Positions 37,087 through 47,228 of a stretch of DNA of 54,799 nt are shown piece after piece. The position numbers and the translations under genes are program-made. Below the pieces are notes generated by a model, which was given only the letters and a program-made list of their open reading frames with translations, was not told the DNA's origin and did not search any database. The stretch comes from a virus (Duplodnaviria > Caudoviricetes): IMG/VR virus record IMGVR_UViG_3300038566_000115, positions 1-54,799 of that record, one strand, 5' to 3'. Position 1 is the first letter of the stretch. The number at the start of each line of letters is the position of its first letter.

Positions 37087-37593
37087 TTAGAACTCATATC
37101 CAACACTGATGAAATCCATTCCACCATTATTTGAGGATGACCCACCAGTGCTGAAATGCTTATAGTTGATTAAAAAGTTATCAATCCTATAGCCTACGCC
37201 TAGAACATAGGGCGTATTGCTATTCCAAGACGGTGTTTGGTTATGCCAGTAGCTCATTCCAAATAGCATTTCAAAATCTTTATACTTAACCAAACGTCCT
37301 AAATAGATGGCTTGATTAGCACTAGTTAATTCGCCACGCTTACATGGATTGCCTTCTTTACAGTCTAGTCTTAGCTGTAGCATGATTCCGACTTCATACT
37401 TATCATTGAATACTTCCTCAAATGATAAGTTTTCTGAATCATAATACTCGCCACCGACAAAGGTTGCTCCTGCTGAAAGATTGAACCTTGTAGCGCCTTT
37501 TGACTCTTTAGATAAAACAAAGAGGAATAGAAATATAAACACAATTATTGCTATTGTAGTGCCATTTTTCCACGGACTTCTGAATTTACCCAT
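37087..37593 (-). CDS. pagL: PagL-like lipid A 3-O-deacylase (outer-membrane beta-barrel)
   Basis: Signal peptide, amphipathic beta strands, C-terminal YKHFSTGGSSSNNGGMDFISVGYEF with H, S(+2), N(+10), D(+14) and terminal Phe. Confidence 0.7.
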   Translation of the reverse strand: MGKFRSPWKNGTTIAIIVFIFLFLFVLSKESKGATRFNLSAGATFVGGEYYDSENLSFEEVFNDKYEVGIMLQLRLDCKEGNPCKRGELTSANQAIYLGRLVKYKDFEMLFGMSYWHNQTPSWNSNTPYVLGVGYRIDNFLINYKHFSTGGSSSNNGGMDFISVGYEF

Positions 37594-37667
37594 TTTAACA
37601 ATCCCATATAGTTTTTGATTTTCGATTCTTCTTTTTAGCGTTATCTAAGGCCCGCTCATGCCAGTTC

Positions 37668-37889
37668 TTACTTTTCATGGATAGCAGTATCAGTTTTGTA
37701 AGTGCGTATCAACGAATTAAGCACTAACCCAAGCAACGCAAATGATTCAACAGACATGAAATTAGTTGTCACCCATGATTTAAACTCGGGAGACATAAGA
37801 ATGCCCATCATGAGCGTAGCGCCTACAGTATTAAACCAGTTAGCAGTAGACCTAAAGAACGCTTTAGTTTTAGCTAAGAAATCATCCAT
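37668..37889 (-). CDS. Holin-like two-TM protein
   Basis: RSTANWFN followed by two hydrophobic helices and IRTYKTDTAI..K; in the lysis cassette. Confidence 0.55.
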   Translation of the reverse strand: MDDFLAKTKAFFRSTANWFNTVGATLMMGILMSPEFKSWVTTNFMSVESFALLGLVLNSLIRTYKTDTAIHEK

Positions 37890-38268
37890 TGTTATAGTCC
37901 TCTATACATTGAGTTAAATAATTGATAATTAAGTTTCGGTCTTTAATTGCTTTCAACGCAAGCTGAGTATTAGCCGCTAGGTTCTTATAGTATTGCTCTT
38001 CAATCCCTATAATTTTTCTACCATCTTCTGCTGTGGCAACCACCCATATAATCTTCTCCCAATCAGGCTTAGTTTGCTGCGGTGGTTCTGGACAGACTAG
38101 GATTTCCCGCTTGTATTCTACTACCGGAACTTTAATTTGTTTCGGCTTTGAACTCGTCATACACCCTGCCAGTAGCGCGGTTAGCATAACGAACAATAAG
38201 ACTGGCTTTCTTGTCCATAAGTCTTTCAATACGTCCACACTCTTTGTCAAATACGGCGAGGGCATCAT
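37882..38268 (-). CDS. o-spanin (Rz1-like lipoprotein)
   Basis: Lipobox LLAGC and Pro-rich CPEPP; 5' end overlaps the i-spanin in another frame. Confidence 0.7.
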   Translation of the reverse strand: MMPSPYLTKSVDVLKDLWTRKPVLLFVMLTALLAGCMTSSKPKQIKVPVVEYKREILVCPEPPQQTKPDWEKIIWVVATAEDGRKIIGIEEQYYKNLAANTQLALKAIKDRNLIINYLTQCIEDYNNG

Positions 38269-38608
38269 CTTTCTCCTGCTTTACGGCAATCAATTTGCCT
38301 TCTAATTTCTTTCTGTTCAGTATGGCATTATCGAATTCTTCACGCTGCTTTTGAATTTCTTCTGTAGCTTGGGATAACTGGACCCCTAGATCCTCATTGG
38401 CTTTATAAGCTAACTGTAAATGTAATTCCTTCTCCGACAATTCAGCTTGCATGGACGAATACTTGTACGTTATGTATGTAGCTGTAACAGTCAGGGAAAT
38501 AAACAGCAAAACAATCATAGTAATTTTAGCTCTTTTAGACGTACTAAATGCGAAACCAAATACAGATTTTAAAACCGCTAATATAACATCAGGATTCATC
38601 ATACTCAC
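38132..38608 (-). CDS. i-spanin (Rz-like)
   Basis: N-terminal TM helix followed by a long coiled coil. Confidence 0.7.
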   Translation of the reverse strand: MSMMNPDVILAVLKSVFGFAFSTSKRAKITMIVLLFISLTVTATYITYKYSSMQAELSEKELHLQLAYKANEDLGVQLSQATEEIQKQREEFDNAILNRKKLEGKLIAVKQEKDDALAVFDKECGRIERLMDKKASLIVRYANRATGRVYDEFKAETN

Positions 38609-38846
38609 CTAGCTTTTGTTTTAGTAGTCTGACTTCAAGACGATGTCTTCGTATAGCAAGCGTTAAGAGTATGAGTGTTGATATAATGCCGACAATACTG
38701 GCTATCGTACCAACCTCCCAAGGTATGATATTGTTCGTGGTCGCCGCGCCTGCTGCAGTAGTCACTACACTACTAACTGCCGTTGCGGTCTTTGGGTTAC
38801 TAACAATATCCTCAGATATACGCTGCATAAGATACGCTCGCCACAT
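38589..38846 (-). CDS. Putative holin
   Basis: Small hydrophobic protein with basic C-terminus next to the endolysin (start may be internal M). Confidence 0.55.
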   Translation of the reverse strand: MWRAYLMQRISEDIVSNPKTATAVSSVVTTAAGAATTNNIIPWEVGTIASIVGIISTLILLTLAIRRHRLEVRLLKQKLGEYDES

Positions 38847-38864
38847 GTATGTAGTCCTTACTGC

Positions 38865-39254
38865 TCATTTTTTAAGTTGGAAATGCGGCATGTCTATGAA
38901 ACCTTTCCAGTCACCGCCCCATGTTATGTCGATATTGTGGATGTTTGCCGCTGCCTTTATTACGTCAGCTACCTGCTCTAAGTGATAAGGGTCCCACGAT
39001 GCTGCGCCATCTACATACGCATATACATCCACTGCGTTACCCGATTGGTGGTACGACTTGCGTTGGTACCCATCACACTTGGACTTACCCTCGTTAAATA
39101 GAGCGCGCTGTTCCTCTGCGGTACGAAGGCCCCCAGAACTAGGTATGCCAAAATCTATATCCGACATACTTATAGCCTCGTTAAATACTTTCTGTAGGTC
39201 GGGGTGGACCTTACTAAGTACTAGCTTGGAGCGCTTGGAAAATTCGTAATTCAT
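38865..39254 (-). CDS. Endolysin, M15 family L-Ala-D-Glu peptidase
   Basis: GLRTAEEQ, SYHQSGNAVD and WGGDW...DMPHFQL. Confidence 0.9.
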   Translation of the reverse strand: MNYEFSKRSKLVLSKVHPDLQKVFNEAISMSDIDFGIPSSGGLRTAEEQRALFNEGKSKCDGYQRKSYHQSGNAVDVYAYVDGAASWDPYHLEQVADVIKAAANIHNIDITWGGDWKGFIDMPHFQLKK

Positions 39255-39257
39255 AAA

Positions 39258-39857
39258 TCACCCGTATGTAAGTGAGGCCCTATCGGTCCATACGTTAGTA
39301 AATGCGTTACTACTGTCGGCGTACAAAGTCGTAGTATCTCCATCGGCCGCTATAGTTATCTGCTTTATCTGCCATGCTGAATCACTATCGCCGGAACCTA
39401 CTGCTGCCTTACCGGAATATATTAGCGTGTCGCCTACGAAATCTGTTCTCGTTGTATAGTCCACTTCATCATCCACCCACTCTGTATCATAATCTATATC
39501 GGTTGCTTTTTGTAGTACTTGTCCTGTAGTTCCCCCCGCAGGTACGCCTACACCGTCCTGTCCGTCCGCACCCGGACCTCCGGGTGGCCCTACTGTACCT
39601 GTGTCGGAGCTGGAGGACGTAGATACGACACCGGTAACAGGGTCTATAATACCTAATTCTACTAGGTCACGTACGGATATGAAGCTGTCCATGACATCCC
39701 CCCGCTGACGCGTCGCTATCTCAACAAGCTCCTTCATCGCGGCGATTGACTCCTCGACGGAGCCCTTATAAGGGTCCACTGGAGTTGGATAGATTGTGGC
39801 GTTTGACACCACATCCTCCCGCAGCTGTTTAATTCTTTGTGCTAAGACGTCAGACAT
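39258..39857 (-). CDS. Tail-associated protein with short collagen-like segment
   Basis: GPPGGPGADGQDG and GVPAGGTTGQVL.K...DYDTEW fibre motifs. Confidence 0.6.
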   Translation of the reverse strand: MSDVLAQRIKQLREDVVSNATIYPTPVDPYKGSVEESIAAMKELVEIATRQRGDVMDSFISVRDLVELGIIDPVTGVVSTSSSSDTGTVGPPGGPGADGQDGVGVPAGGTTGQVLQKATDIDYDTEWVDDEVDYTTRTDFVGDTLIYSGKAAVGSGDSDSAWQIKQITIAADGDTTTLYADSSNAFTNVWTDRASLTYG

Positions 39858-41691
39858 TGCGTAGTTCCCGCGCAGTACTTGCTGCCTTTATCGATTGTAT
39901 TGGGCGCTGTCCTTCTACTTCAAACATCCACCGTGTCGCACGGAATGAGCTTGGCAACCGGATTAGGTTTTCCGTAGTATTAACTGTACCCTCAAATTTG
40001 AGGTATTCAGTTCCCTCGATAATTACATATACTCGAAAGATAACATCGGGGGATACGCTCGTAGTATCTATATCAAATAACGGACTACCTGCCAAAGACA
40101 ATCGGTTATCCGGTAGTCCCGTGCCCGTGTCGATTGGAGCGGCATCCCCTGCGACAGCGGTGCCTCCAATCGTATTTAACGGCGAAGCTATACGTACGTT
40201 GTTGTATGTCTGTTCATCACTACTAACCACACCTAAGTCGCTATCAACACCTTCAAATGTAATCCTAGCTGCACCTAAATTTATCGGTGTTGGGGTGACG
40301 TACTCTTTGCTCCTCCATGTATAAGTTAACGGGGCTGCGGACTCGGCATCCCAGTTATACAGAGCGGTGCCGGTAAACAATAGTATCTCCCCTGTATGGG
40401 TATTAGTCTGTACACCGACTACAGGCAAGTCGTTAGATATTTCAATGAATGCCGACATTGGCTCATTAGGGTCAAATATAAACCCCTGCGTATCGCCAAA
40501 GAACGCGATGTACTGGTTGTGGTACGATGATGCACGGATATTATCTGGGTTGTATTCATCCTGCCACTCATACTTAGATAGCAACTGTTTGGTTACTATA
40601 GAGGGGTTCGGGCCATTTACAAGAACAAGTCCGTTTGATGAAGCATACAGTACGCCATAGATGGTAGTAGCTATAGACTGCCTAGACAAACAGGGCTCTA
40701 CCGAACTCGATGTCCGTAATGTAATTGAGGCAGGGTTCACCCCTACCCCAATAAATGGGGCGGCGTTTGTACAAGCGACTATGCTCTGTCCGAATACACC
40801 CATACCTACCACGTCATATTCTATGGCTTGTTGATAATTGTCCGGCCACGCATGAGGGCGGTATACCTCGGACATATAAATATTACGGCCGGACCACCCA
40901 ACTAAAAACCCATTCGGCATAACAACAGCCCCCTCCAAATCAGAGGGGGGTTCAGTCCACGTGGTGGACTCTAGTAATGGCCCTTGCGTGGCCTCATAAT
41001 CTGTAGATGTATCCGTATACGTGACTTGGTTGCCTACTGCCGGTATAGATAGCGTAGCTATACGGAAGTATGTAGCTGAGTTATACCCTGTCACACTTCG
41101 GTATATGTGGATACTGGTGATAGACCTGTCTGCCATTTCAGTTCTTGGGAATGAATCACTTCGTATCGTTACAATCCAGTCTCCACTAATCTCGCCCGAG
41201 GCTAATGTAGGTTCTGACGGGGCAGACTCTTCTCCGAACTCAGACACCAATGTATAAATGTAACTGCGGGATTCTATTAGCGTAGTATCGGGATTATCTG
41301 TAGTAGTCAGTGATGGTGGCTGTCGTGGTGAAGGTACACCTAAGTGTAACCACGGGTCTCCACTTATCAATCTAGCGGCGGTATTGTATTGCGGTACGCC
41401 CTCACCGAACTTATAGAACCTATCATAACTATCATTAAGTAGTGGTGATTGCAGTATATCCGCGTCTTTTGTAGTGGTCGTTTCTATATGCTGCGTACCG
41501 TCATTGAAACGTAATACGTGCGCTGCGGCTCCAGAGAGTCCACCAGCTATAGCGAGTGTACTTCGCAAGGCCCGTAACGTGCCAGAGAGTAGTCTAGCGT
41601 TAGTAGCTACAGAAGCATTGACTGCAGGTAGTAGCGCATCTGCTCTACGTGGGACCATGCCAGTGAATTGGTTTATGTTTATCGATGTCAC
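39850..41691 (-). CDS. Tail nozzle/stabilisation protein (P22 gp10/T7 gp12-like)
   Basis: 613 aa, F.GMVPR start, YIYTLVSEFGEESAPS, SEVYRPHAWP and YTWRSKEY; beta-propeller-like. Confidence 0.7.
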   Translation of the reverse strand: MTSININQFTGMVPRRADALLPAVNASVATNARLLSGTLRALRSTLAIAGGLSGAAAHVLRFNDGTQHIETTTTKDADILQSPLLNDSYDRFYKFGEGVPQYNTAARLISGDPWLHLGVPSPRQPPSLTTTDNPDTTLIESRSYIYTLVSEFGEESAPSEPTLASGEISGDWIVTIRSDSFPRTEMADRSITSIHIYRSVTGYNSATYFRIATLSIPAVGNQVTYTDTSTDYEATQGPLLESTTWTEPPSDLEGAVVMPNGFLVGWSGRNIYMSEVYRPHAWPDNYQQAIEYDVVGMGVFGQSIVACTNAAPFIGVGVNPASITLRTSSSVEPCLSRQSIATTIYGVLYASSNGLVLVNGPNPSIVTKQLLSKYEWQDEYNPDNIRASSYHNQYIAFFGDTQGFIFDPNEPMSAFIEISNDLPVVGVQTNTHTGEILLFTGTALYNWDAESAAPLTYTWRSKEYVTPTPINLGAARITFEGVDSDLGVVSSDEQTYNNVRIASPLNTIGGTAVAGDAAPIDTGTGLPDNRLSLAGSPLFDIDTTSVSPDVIFRVYVIIEGTEYLKFEGTVNTTENLIRLPSSFRATRWMFEVEGQRPIQSIKAASTARELRNV

Positions 41692-42443
41692 TATTCACCG
41701 CCCGCATTACTTGTGAGATTAATACTTAGCGTTACTGGCCATGTCACTTCCACGCCATCGTCAGACTTCCTATGTATACTCAAATCAAAAGTAGCTGTGC
41801 GGCTAAAAGTACTCTCTCCATTATAATACGCCTGAAAAATAACTTGGGCAGACATATACTCTGGGACTGAACCTATGGGATAGTTACCGCCGTTGGACGT
41901 AGTATCCCCAGATGTTAAATCCATCTGAGTACCAGACCAATTGGACGTAGCTAAGTTTGGTCCATCTTTGACGTTAACGGTCAGTAATGAGGTACCCGAC
42001 GTAACCTCTGACATTACACCAGACGGTCCCGTTAAAACTAAGTTAGTAACTAAAGCATAGTAACTATCGCCAGTACCTGCAGCGTTGGGAGAGAACCAAT
42101 CTGCTACGTGAGTGAAAGACGTGCTGTGTCCTGTAGTAGTTGCGCCGTTGGGATTGCCGCCATCAAAGTGTCCACTACCCGTTACGACTAGGTTCGATGT
42201 CTTAATCCCATTAAAGGTACTTACCTGTACAGGACTGTGGGTTATACCCGTAGGGGTTACGAATCCGGGATTCGTCGCGCCTGTAGTGAATACTTGTTTG
42301 AAGTCTACCCCATCATGCACCCACATTTCCTGTATCTCCACTGGTTCAGATGGGTTGGGGTCTACTGGCTCTGTGAAATACCACAACTTCTGCACCTGTT
42401 GCGGTGCATCCAACGCGTCGTGGACCCAAAGCTCTATAGCCAT
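41691..42443 (-). CDS. Putative tail fibre-associated protein
   Basis: T/G/S-rich coupled ORF. Confidence 0.55.
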   Translation of the reverse strand: MAIELWVHDALDAPQQVQKLWYFTEPVDPNPSEPVEIQEMWVHDGVDFKQVFTTGATNPGFVTPTGITHSPVQVSTFNGIKTSNLVVTGSGHFDGGNPNGATTTGHSTSFTHVADWFSPNAAGTGDSYYALVTNLVLTGPSGVMSEVTSGTSLLTVNVKDGPNLATSNWSGTQMDLTSGDTTSNGGNYPIGSVPEYMSAQVIFQAYYNGESTFSRTATFDLSIHRKSDDGVEVTWPVTLSINLTSNAGGE

Positions 42444-42952
42444 TAATTATGTACCATAACAATATCACCATAGGCTCCCCCAGCGGGTTGGCCTGCGGTG
42501 GTGGTGATGGTTATTTTACCTATAGGTGCGCCATCTTGTATTTGGGCTACGCCTTCTATGTTTGCGTCCCCGCCTGCGTTTACGTCAGTAGTGGCATTAA
42601 CTGACGCTCCTGCTGTCAAGCTGCCCGTAGTGGAGGCATCGTCGTCCGAGGGTAAAAACGCAGACGCATCAATAGCGTTTACATCCCACCGTTGAAAAGC
42701 CCCTGAGACATATATCATCAGTCGTTGGTTAGTAGAATCTACCCAAAGCATGTGGGACCATGGGTTTGCTGGTTCCGTATCGGAAATAACTACGCCAGAG
42801 AACTCCACGACATCGCCAGAATCCGCCATCTTGAACCACATGCGTGGCGCATCGCCGTGCTGTTTAAGGGTAGGTTCGCCTTCTACTACGTTAGCGGGGT
42901 TGGGCGCGCCATCACTTGCGTCGCTCGAACGCCTGAACTGTATTCGTGCCAT
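42443..42952 (-). CDS. Putative tail fibre protein
   Basis: RIQFRRS...P...EGE start, LWVDSTN and PAGGAYGDI motifs typical of fibres. Confidence 0.6.
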   Translation of the reverse strand: MARIQFRRSSDASDGAPNPANVVEGEPTLKQHGDAPRMWFKMADSGDVVEFSGVVISDTEPANPWSHMLWVDSTNQRLMIYVSGAFQRWDVNAIDASAFLPSDDDASTTGSLTAGASVNATTDVNAGGDANIEGVAQIQDGAPIGKITITTTAGQPAGGAYGDIVMVHN

Positions 42953-43278
42953 TAGTATGTTCCTCCATCTACGTCACCAGATGCAGCTAGGGCTGCGAAA
43001 GTACCTGCCGTTATCCTACATTCTACCCTAGCTCCTGCGGCAAAGGCAAAAGGAGTAGTACTTTCCTCGGCGCGGGTAACTGTGAATGAGTCTCCGTTAC
43101 GGTCAGTGGCATAGACTATTTCTCGATTGCCAAACGCATCCTCTATTACCAAGGGTGTCTGGTCCCCGACTCCGGGGGTGGCGAACGAACTACCATCTGC
43201 TACTGGGAGGTTAGTCTGTACTGCATCTATTGACGATGTTAGCGTCGTTGATGAGAAGTTAGTTAATACAAAAGCCAT
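42952..43278 (-). CDS. Tail fibre N-terminal-type protein
   Basis: NFSSTTL...LPVADG..F...EIV...TVTRA.E.T....F.AGARVE.RITAG. Confidence 0.6.
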   Translation of the reverse strand: MAFVLTNFSSTTLTSSIDAVQTNLPVADGSSFATPGVGDQTPLVIEDAFGNREIVYATDRNGDSFTVTRAEESTTPFAFAAGARVECRITAGTFAALAASGDVDGGTY

Positions 43279-43595
43279 TACACATCCTCCACAGTTATTT
43301 CCAATTCATCTTCCCACAGTATATTAGTGTCATCTGGGATAGACGTTATCGTTATTCTATACGTGTTTCCATCTACGCCCCCGCCTACATAAAGGTACGC
43401 TTTAGTAACGCTAGTTGCGTCACCCGCGACGTCCTCGATTAACTGTACGGATGTCGTAATGGGTGGTACAGAATCAGGAGACGATGCGGTGATAACCGAC
43501 GTAATATACTCGCCTGAGTCTAACGCTGCTTTAGAATAGTCTAGTTTAAACCTGCGTGTTTCCGACGGTTGTTTAGTTGTTCTACCTAATAACAT
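43278..43595 (-). CDS. Fibre-tail adaptor-like protein
   Basis: KQPSE...LDYS...GGVDGNTYRIT...EDELEITV pattern. Confidence 0.6.
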   Translation of the reverse strand: MLLGRTTKQPSETRRFKLDYSKAALDSGEYITSVITASSPDSVPPITTSVQLIEDVAGDATSVTKAYLYVGGGVDGNTYRITITSIPDDTNILWEDELEITVEDV

Positions 43596-43604
43596 TATAC
43601 ACCC

Positions 43605-46600
43605 CTAAAATAAATGCCGTGAATAAATCCATTCGCCCGAGATTGTCTTACCTGCATCTGCGGCGTTAAACCACAACGTACCATCATACAACATAGTTAC
43701 TTCGCCGGCGGCAGGCGGTTGGGTAGGGTCGCTAACATATACAACGTCCACCCCATCTAGCTGTAGAGACATGCGTTCTGGTGTGTCCGTACAAAGCCCG
43801 AGGAATAAATCATCCTCAATCAACCCGTGGCCTGAGCCATTGGACCCGACATGTATGTAACGTCTACCAGTGAACGTAGTTGATAATTTCATATCGGTGA
43901 AGAACGCAAATGTCTCGTCCGCTGCAGTATCTCCTAATTGATAGAAGCGGGTTTTCATAGGGCATCCTATTACACCTGCTGTTGTAGGTACGTTGGGGCG
44001 AGAAAGCACTTCGACTCCGTTCAATTCCAAACTAAGTGTAGTGCCCGTGCGGATTAAAGACCACTCGTCATCTATTCCTGTTCCGTTGGCGGTGGTAATC
44101 GTACCCACAAGCGAACCATTCTCAGAGAATATAAAGGATTTTTCCACCCCGCCATCATCTAACTGGGAGTGCCAGATATTCACGCCGACAATACAATCTG
44201 TTCTGTCCGCACCGAGATACCCTGTCTGTACCATTTCACCTGATGTCATAAGTCCAATGAACCCAAACCCACCGACCGTAGTATCTGTCCATGTACTTGT
44301 TATAGCAGGATCGAATGCATCGCTGAATTTAAACTTAAATGTAAAGTCGCCTGTTATTTCGTGGTGGTGTGTAAGTCCTACCCAATCTGTCGTAGTCTGC
44401 GAGTTATCGGCCTGTGTGACTGTGGAGTTACCTCGCTTGGTATAGAATACCGGCGAATTTAATTTTATCGGCCGGTCGACCCAAACTTCATCGGTAGCAG
44501 GCACAGTGGTTGTACTGAATGTGTTACTAACGATATTCGGGAATACATAAGTTTTAGCGCCATCGAAGTTAACCGTAGTTGAGTCGTCTTTCAAAATACC
44601 GTCGAACATCCACACGTCATAATATTCATCTGTTAAATAATCCGAAGCAGTAGAAGTAGTATCCTCGAAACCCAGTTGTAATCCGTCTAAGAAGTCCTCG
44701 TTGGCAACATGGGTTGTTTTAGATGATGGGTTATCTTTCTCCCAAGCACTCCCATTCCATCCGTAAGAATGCCAGATATCAGGAAAGTCAAACAACTCGC
44801 CGCCGATTGACTCGTATCCCATACCATATACAGTAGTATTTACTGAAATTAAATCCGTAGTTGATCCGTACAATGTACAGGTTCTTGTATGGATATAGAT
44901 ACCATTGCCAATGTGGATGCCTCCATTAGCGCCAAATACCATCACAGTTGCACTTAGGTTATCGCGCATGAGTTTACGCCCAACGCCATCACCATGTAAG
45001 TTATAAGTATAAGTAGTTACTCCGACCTCCAATGTATCAAGGTTTCTGAGTACGAAGGGATAATCATCGGCTGAGACATTTGCCCCACCCATGATAAACT
45101 CTACACCATCGTCCCGATAAAAAATATTAACCGAGTGGGTAGAAACAGGGCCTCCTGCTTCCGATACTGATTGGTCGAGTACTGCTACACTACCTCCATA
45201 ATCAAAAATCTGGGTTACGACAGTAGAAACCTGCCGCCTATCCACTCGGATTAATCTTCCCTTAGTAGAAAACCCTATCTTAACCTGGGCAAGAAGAGGG
45301 ACCGAACCCGAATCCGCCGAGGTATCGTTATTTAAAGTCGCCTCGTCACTAGTAGGCGATGAACCCTCCAGTGACCACCATGTCGCTTCTTGTCCATAAA
45401 GCGCCGTTGGTATCGGTATATAAAACTGGTCAACGCCAGCCGCTTGCGTATCGCGCCTAAATATTCCGGCGGTAAAAGAAAAATCACCCCCACTCGTATG
45501 GCCTGTAATCAAGAACTGTGGGTCGGTAGACTCATTATACACGGTCCATGTTGTGCCACTATCATCGGACCAACACATTTCCGCGCCCATCAATGCCCAT
45601 AGCTCGTCATTACGCCCAACCTGTACACCATAACATTTAGTATCGTCTACGGCGCTAGCATTGGTGAGTAGGCCTACAGCCGTTGTCGCGCCTAGTGGAG
45701 TACGTGTTATTTTCCATAGGCCGGTATTGCGGCAAGCGGCATAAATATTACCGGTACTATCATGGACTATCTGGGTTAGGTCAGTAGGGGAGAACGGGAA
45801 GGTGTGAGTAGAATCAAACAGTTCATACCCATAGTTAAGGTCGTGTATTACGAGGCCAGTGGCATTTGCCGTTATCCACTCAGGGTAAATATATTTAATG
45901 ATAGGACGGAACGCAGCGACATTAGTGTCCGATGTGACGGTTACTGTAGTGGAAGCGGGGTCGATACCTGCCCCCGGTAGTGTTAAAGGTACATCACTAT
46001 TTGCACCGAATTGATTGTTAGTAATCACTAGGGAGGAAGAGGAGTGGGTGTTTAGGTGGGATAAGGGTAATGCGAAAGATGCCCATAGGTTTCCTGCAGT
46101 TTGTGTAGTCGCTTTCTTGTATACTCGGTACGCTGCTGCGCCAGAGGCACCACCACTCGTAATATGTACACGATAACAGGACGCTAAACTATTATCTGCG
46201 GGTAACCACCCATTGTCATTAGCGGTTACTGCCCCCAAACCCAATGCTTGATTGGGGGTATCTGAGTAAGGTGACGAACTTATAGCTGCACGCGAATAGA
46301 TATTTTGTACTTTAGAGTCCGTACTTTTTAGTAGTTTATGGTATGTCATAGGCGCAGAGTCTGTGGTATATAAGTAAGTACCGCCTATATGACACCCTAC
46401 AATACTGTTTGTAGCCAGTTCCGATGCTGTAATAGTACACACACCACTTTGCGCATTGATGTCATAGAGACCGATGGTAGTAAGTGAGTTATACGCAGCG
46501 GGTAGGTCCGAAAGCGCACCTTTACCAAACGCATAAAGCGGGGTCCCTTCTGGGGCGTTGACGGGTGTAGAACAGAAATTACGCAAAACATACCTGTTAG

Positions 46601-47228
46601 AGACTGCGGTCCTAGAAGTAGACTGGTTGTTAAACATGGCTTGTATGTAATAATCGGTCGGGTCTTCTGCATTCATTAACCCTGTATAGCTTACTTCGAT
46701 ACGATATAAAACATCCAGAATCTCCGCGCTACCCTGAACACAGCCTGATGCGAACGGTGTGGTGCATATAACGTAAGGTGCTCCATTAGCTAGAGTAGCA
46801 GAGCCACCACCACAAAGTCCCGCACCCCAGACGGTTCTGTCACTCCCAGTAGGGTCGAACCGATAATGAAATAGGTAATAAGGTGGGTTCTGCCCATCAT
46901 CTACATACTGATACCAATTAATAGAGGAATCGTAGGTACGTATTACATTATCGTTCCTTATTGATTCAGTATTAGCATAACTAACGGGGTTAGCACCACG
47001 GTGAAATGGCTTCATATAGATTACCCCACGGGCGTTACCGCCGCGTGGCATCGGACATTCTACATCAAGAATATCACCTACAGAATAAAGCGCGTATTGA
47101 GAGGTGGGGGTGAAGTCATTTTGTACTTCTGGATAAGTAGTGAACTCTCCATCAGGAACCCATTTACCGTTAATCTTCTTAGCGGGTGCAGTACGCACAC
47201 TGACGAACCCTTTAATTTGTTTATCCAC
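43605..47228 (-). CDS. Large putative receptor-binding/beta-propeller protein (1207 aa)
   Basis: Beta-rich, with Asp-box WSDDSGTTW; located in the tail module. Confidence 0.6.
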   Translation of the reverse strand: MDKQIKGFVSVRTAPAKKINGKWVPDGEFTTYPEVQNDFTPTSQYALYSVGDILDVECPMPRGGNARGVIYMKPFHRGANPVSYANTESIRNDNVIRTYDSSINWYQYVDDGQNPPYYLFHYRFDPTGSDRTVWGAGLCGGGSATLANGAPYVICTTPFASGCVQGSAEILDVLYRIEVSYTGLMNAEDPTDYYIQAMFNNQSTSRTAVSNRYVLRNFCSTPVNAPEGTPLYAFGKGALSDLPAAYNSLTTIGLYDINAQSGVCTITASELATNSIVGCHIGGTYLYTTDSAPMTYHKLLKSTDSKVQNIYSRAAISSSPYSDTPNQALGLGAVTANDNGWLPADNSLASCYRVHITSGGASGAAAYRVYKKATTQTAGNLWASFALPLSHLNTHSSSSLVITNNQFGANSDVPLTLPGAGIDPASTTVTVTSDTNVAAFRPIIKYIYPEWITANATGLVIHDLNYGYELFDSTHTFPFSPTDLTQIVHDSTGNIYAACRNTGLWKITRTPLGATTAVGLLTNASAVDDTKCYGVQVGRNDELWALMGAEMCWSDDSGTTWTVYNESTDPQFLITGHTSGGDFSFTAGIFRRDTQAAGVDQFYIPIPTALYGQEATWWSLEGSSPTSDEATLNNDTSADSGSVPLLAQVKIGFSTKGRLIRVDRRQVSTVVTQIFDYGGSVAVLDQSVSEAGGPVSTHSVNIFYRDDGVEFIMGGANVSADDYPFVLRNLDTLEVGVTTYTYNLHGDGVGRKLMRDNLSATVMVFGANGGIHIGNGIYIHTRTCTLYGSTTDLISVNTTVYGMGYESIGGELFDFPDIWHSYGWNGSAWEKDNPSSKTTHVANEDFLDGLQLGFEDTTSTASDYLTDEYYDVWMFDGILKDDSTTVNFDGAKTYVFPNIVSNTFSTTTVPATDEVWVDRPIKLNSPVFYTKRGNSTVTQADNSQTTTDWVGLTHHHEITGDFTFKFKFSDAFDPAITSTWTDTTVGGFGFIGLMTSGEMVQTGYLGADRTDCIVGVNIWHSQLDDGGVEKSFIFSENGSLVGTITTANGTGIDDEWSLIRTGTTLSLELNGVEVLSRPNVPTTAGVIGCPMKTRFYQLGDTAADETFAFFTDMKLSTTFTGRRYIHVGSNGSGHGLIEDDLFLGLCTDTPERMSLQLDGVDVVYVSDPTQPPAAGEVTMLYDGTLWFNAADAGKTISGEWIYSRHLF

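Noticed and set aside
37595-37678. 27-aa basic ORF between the holin-like gene and the PagL-like gene
   Set aside because: No clear RBS and too short to support.
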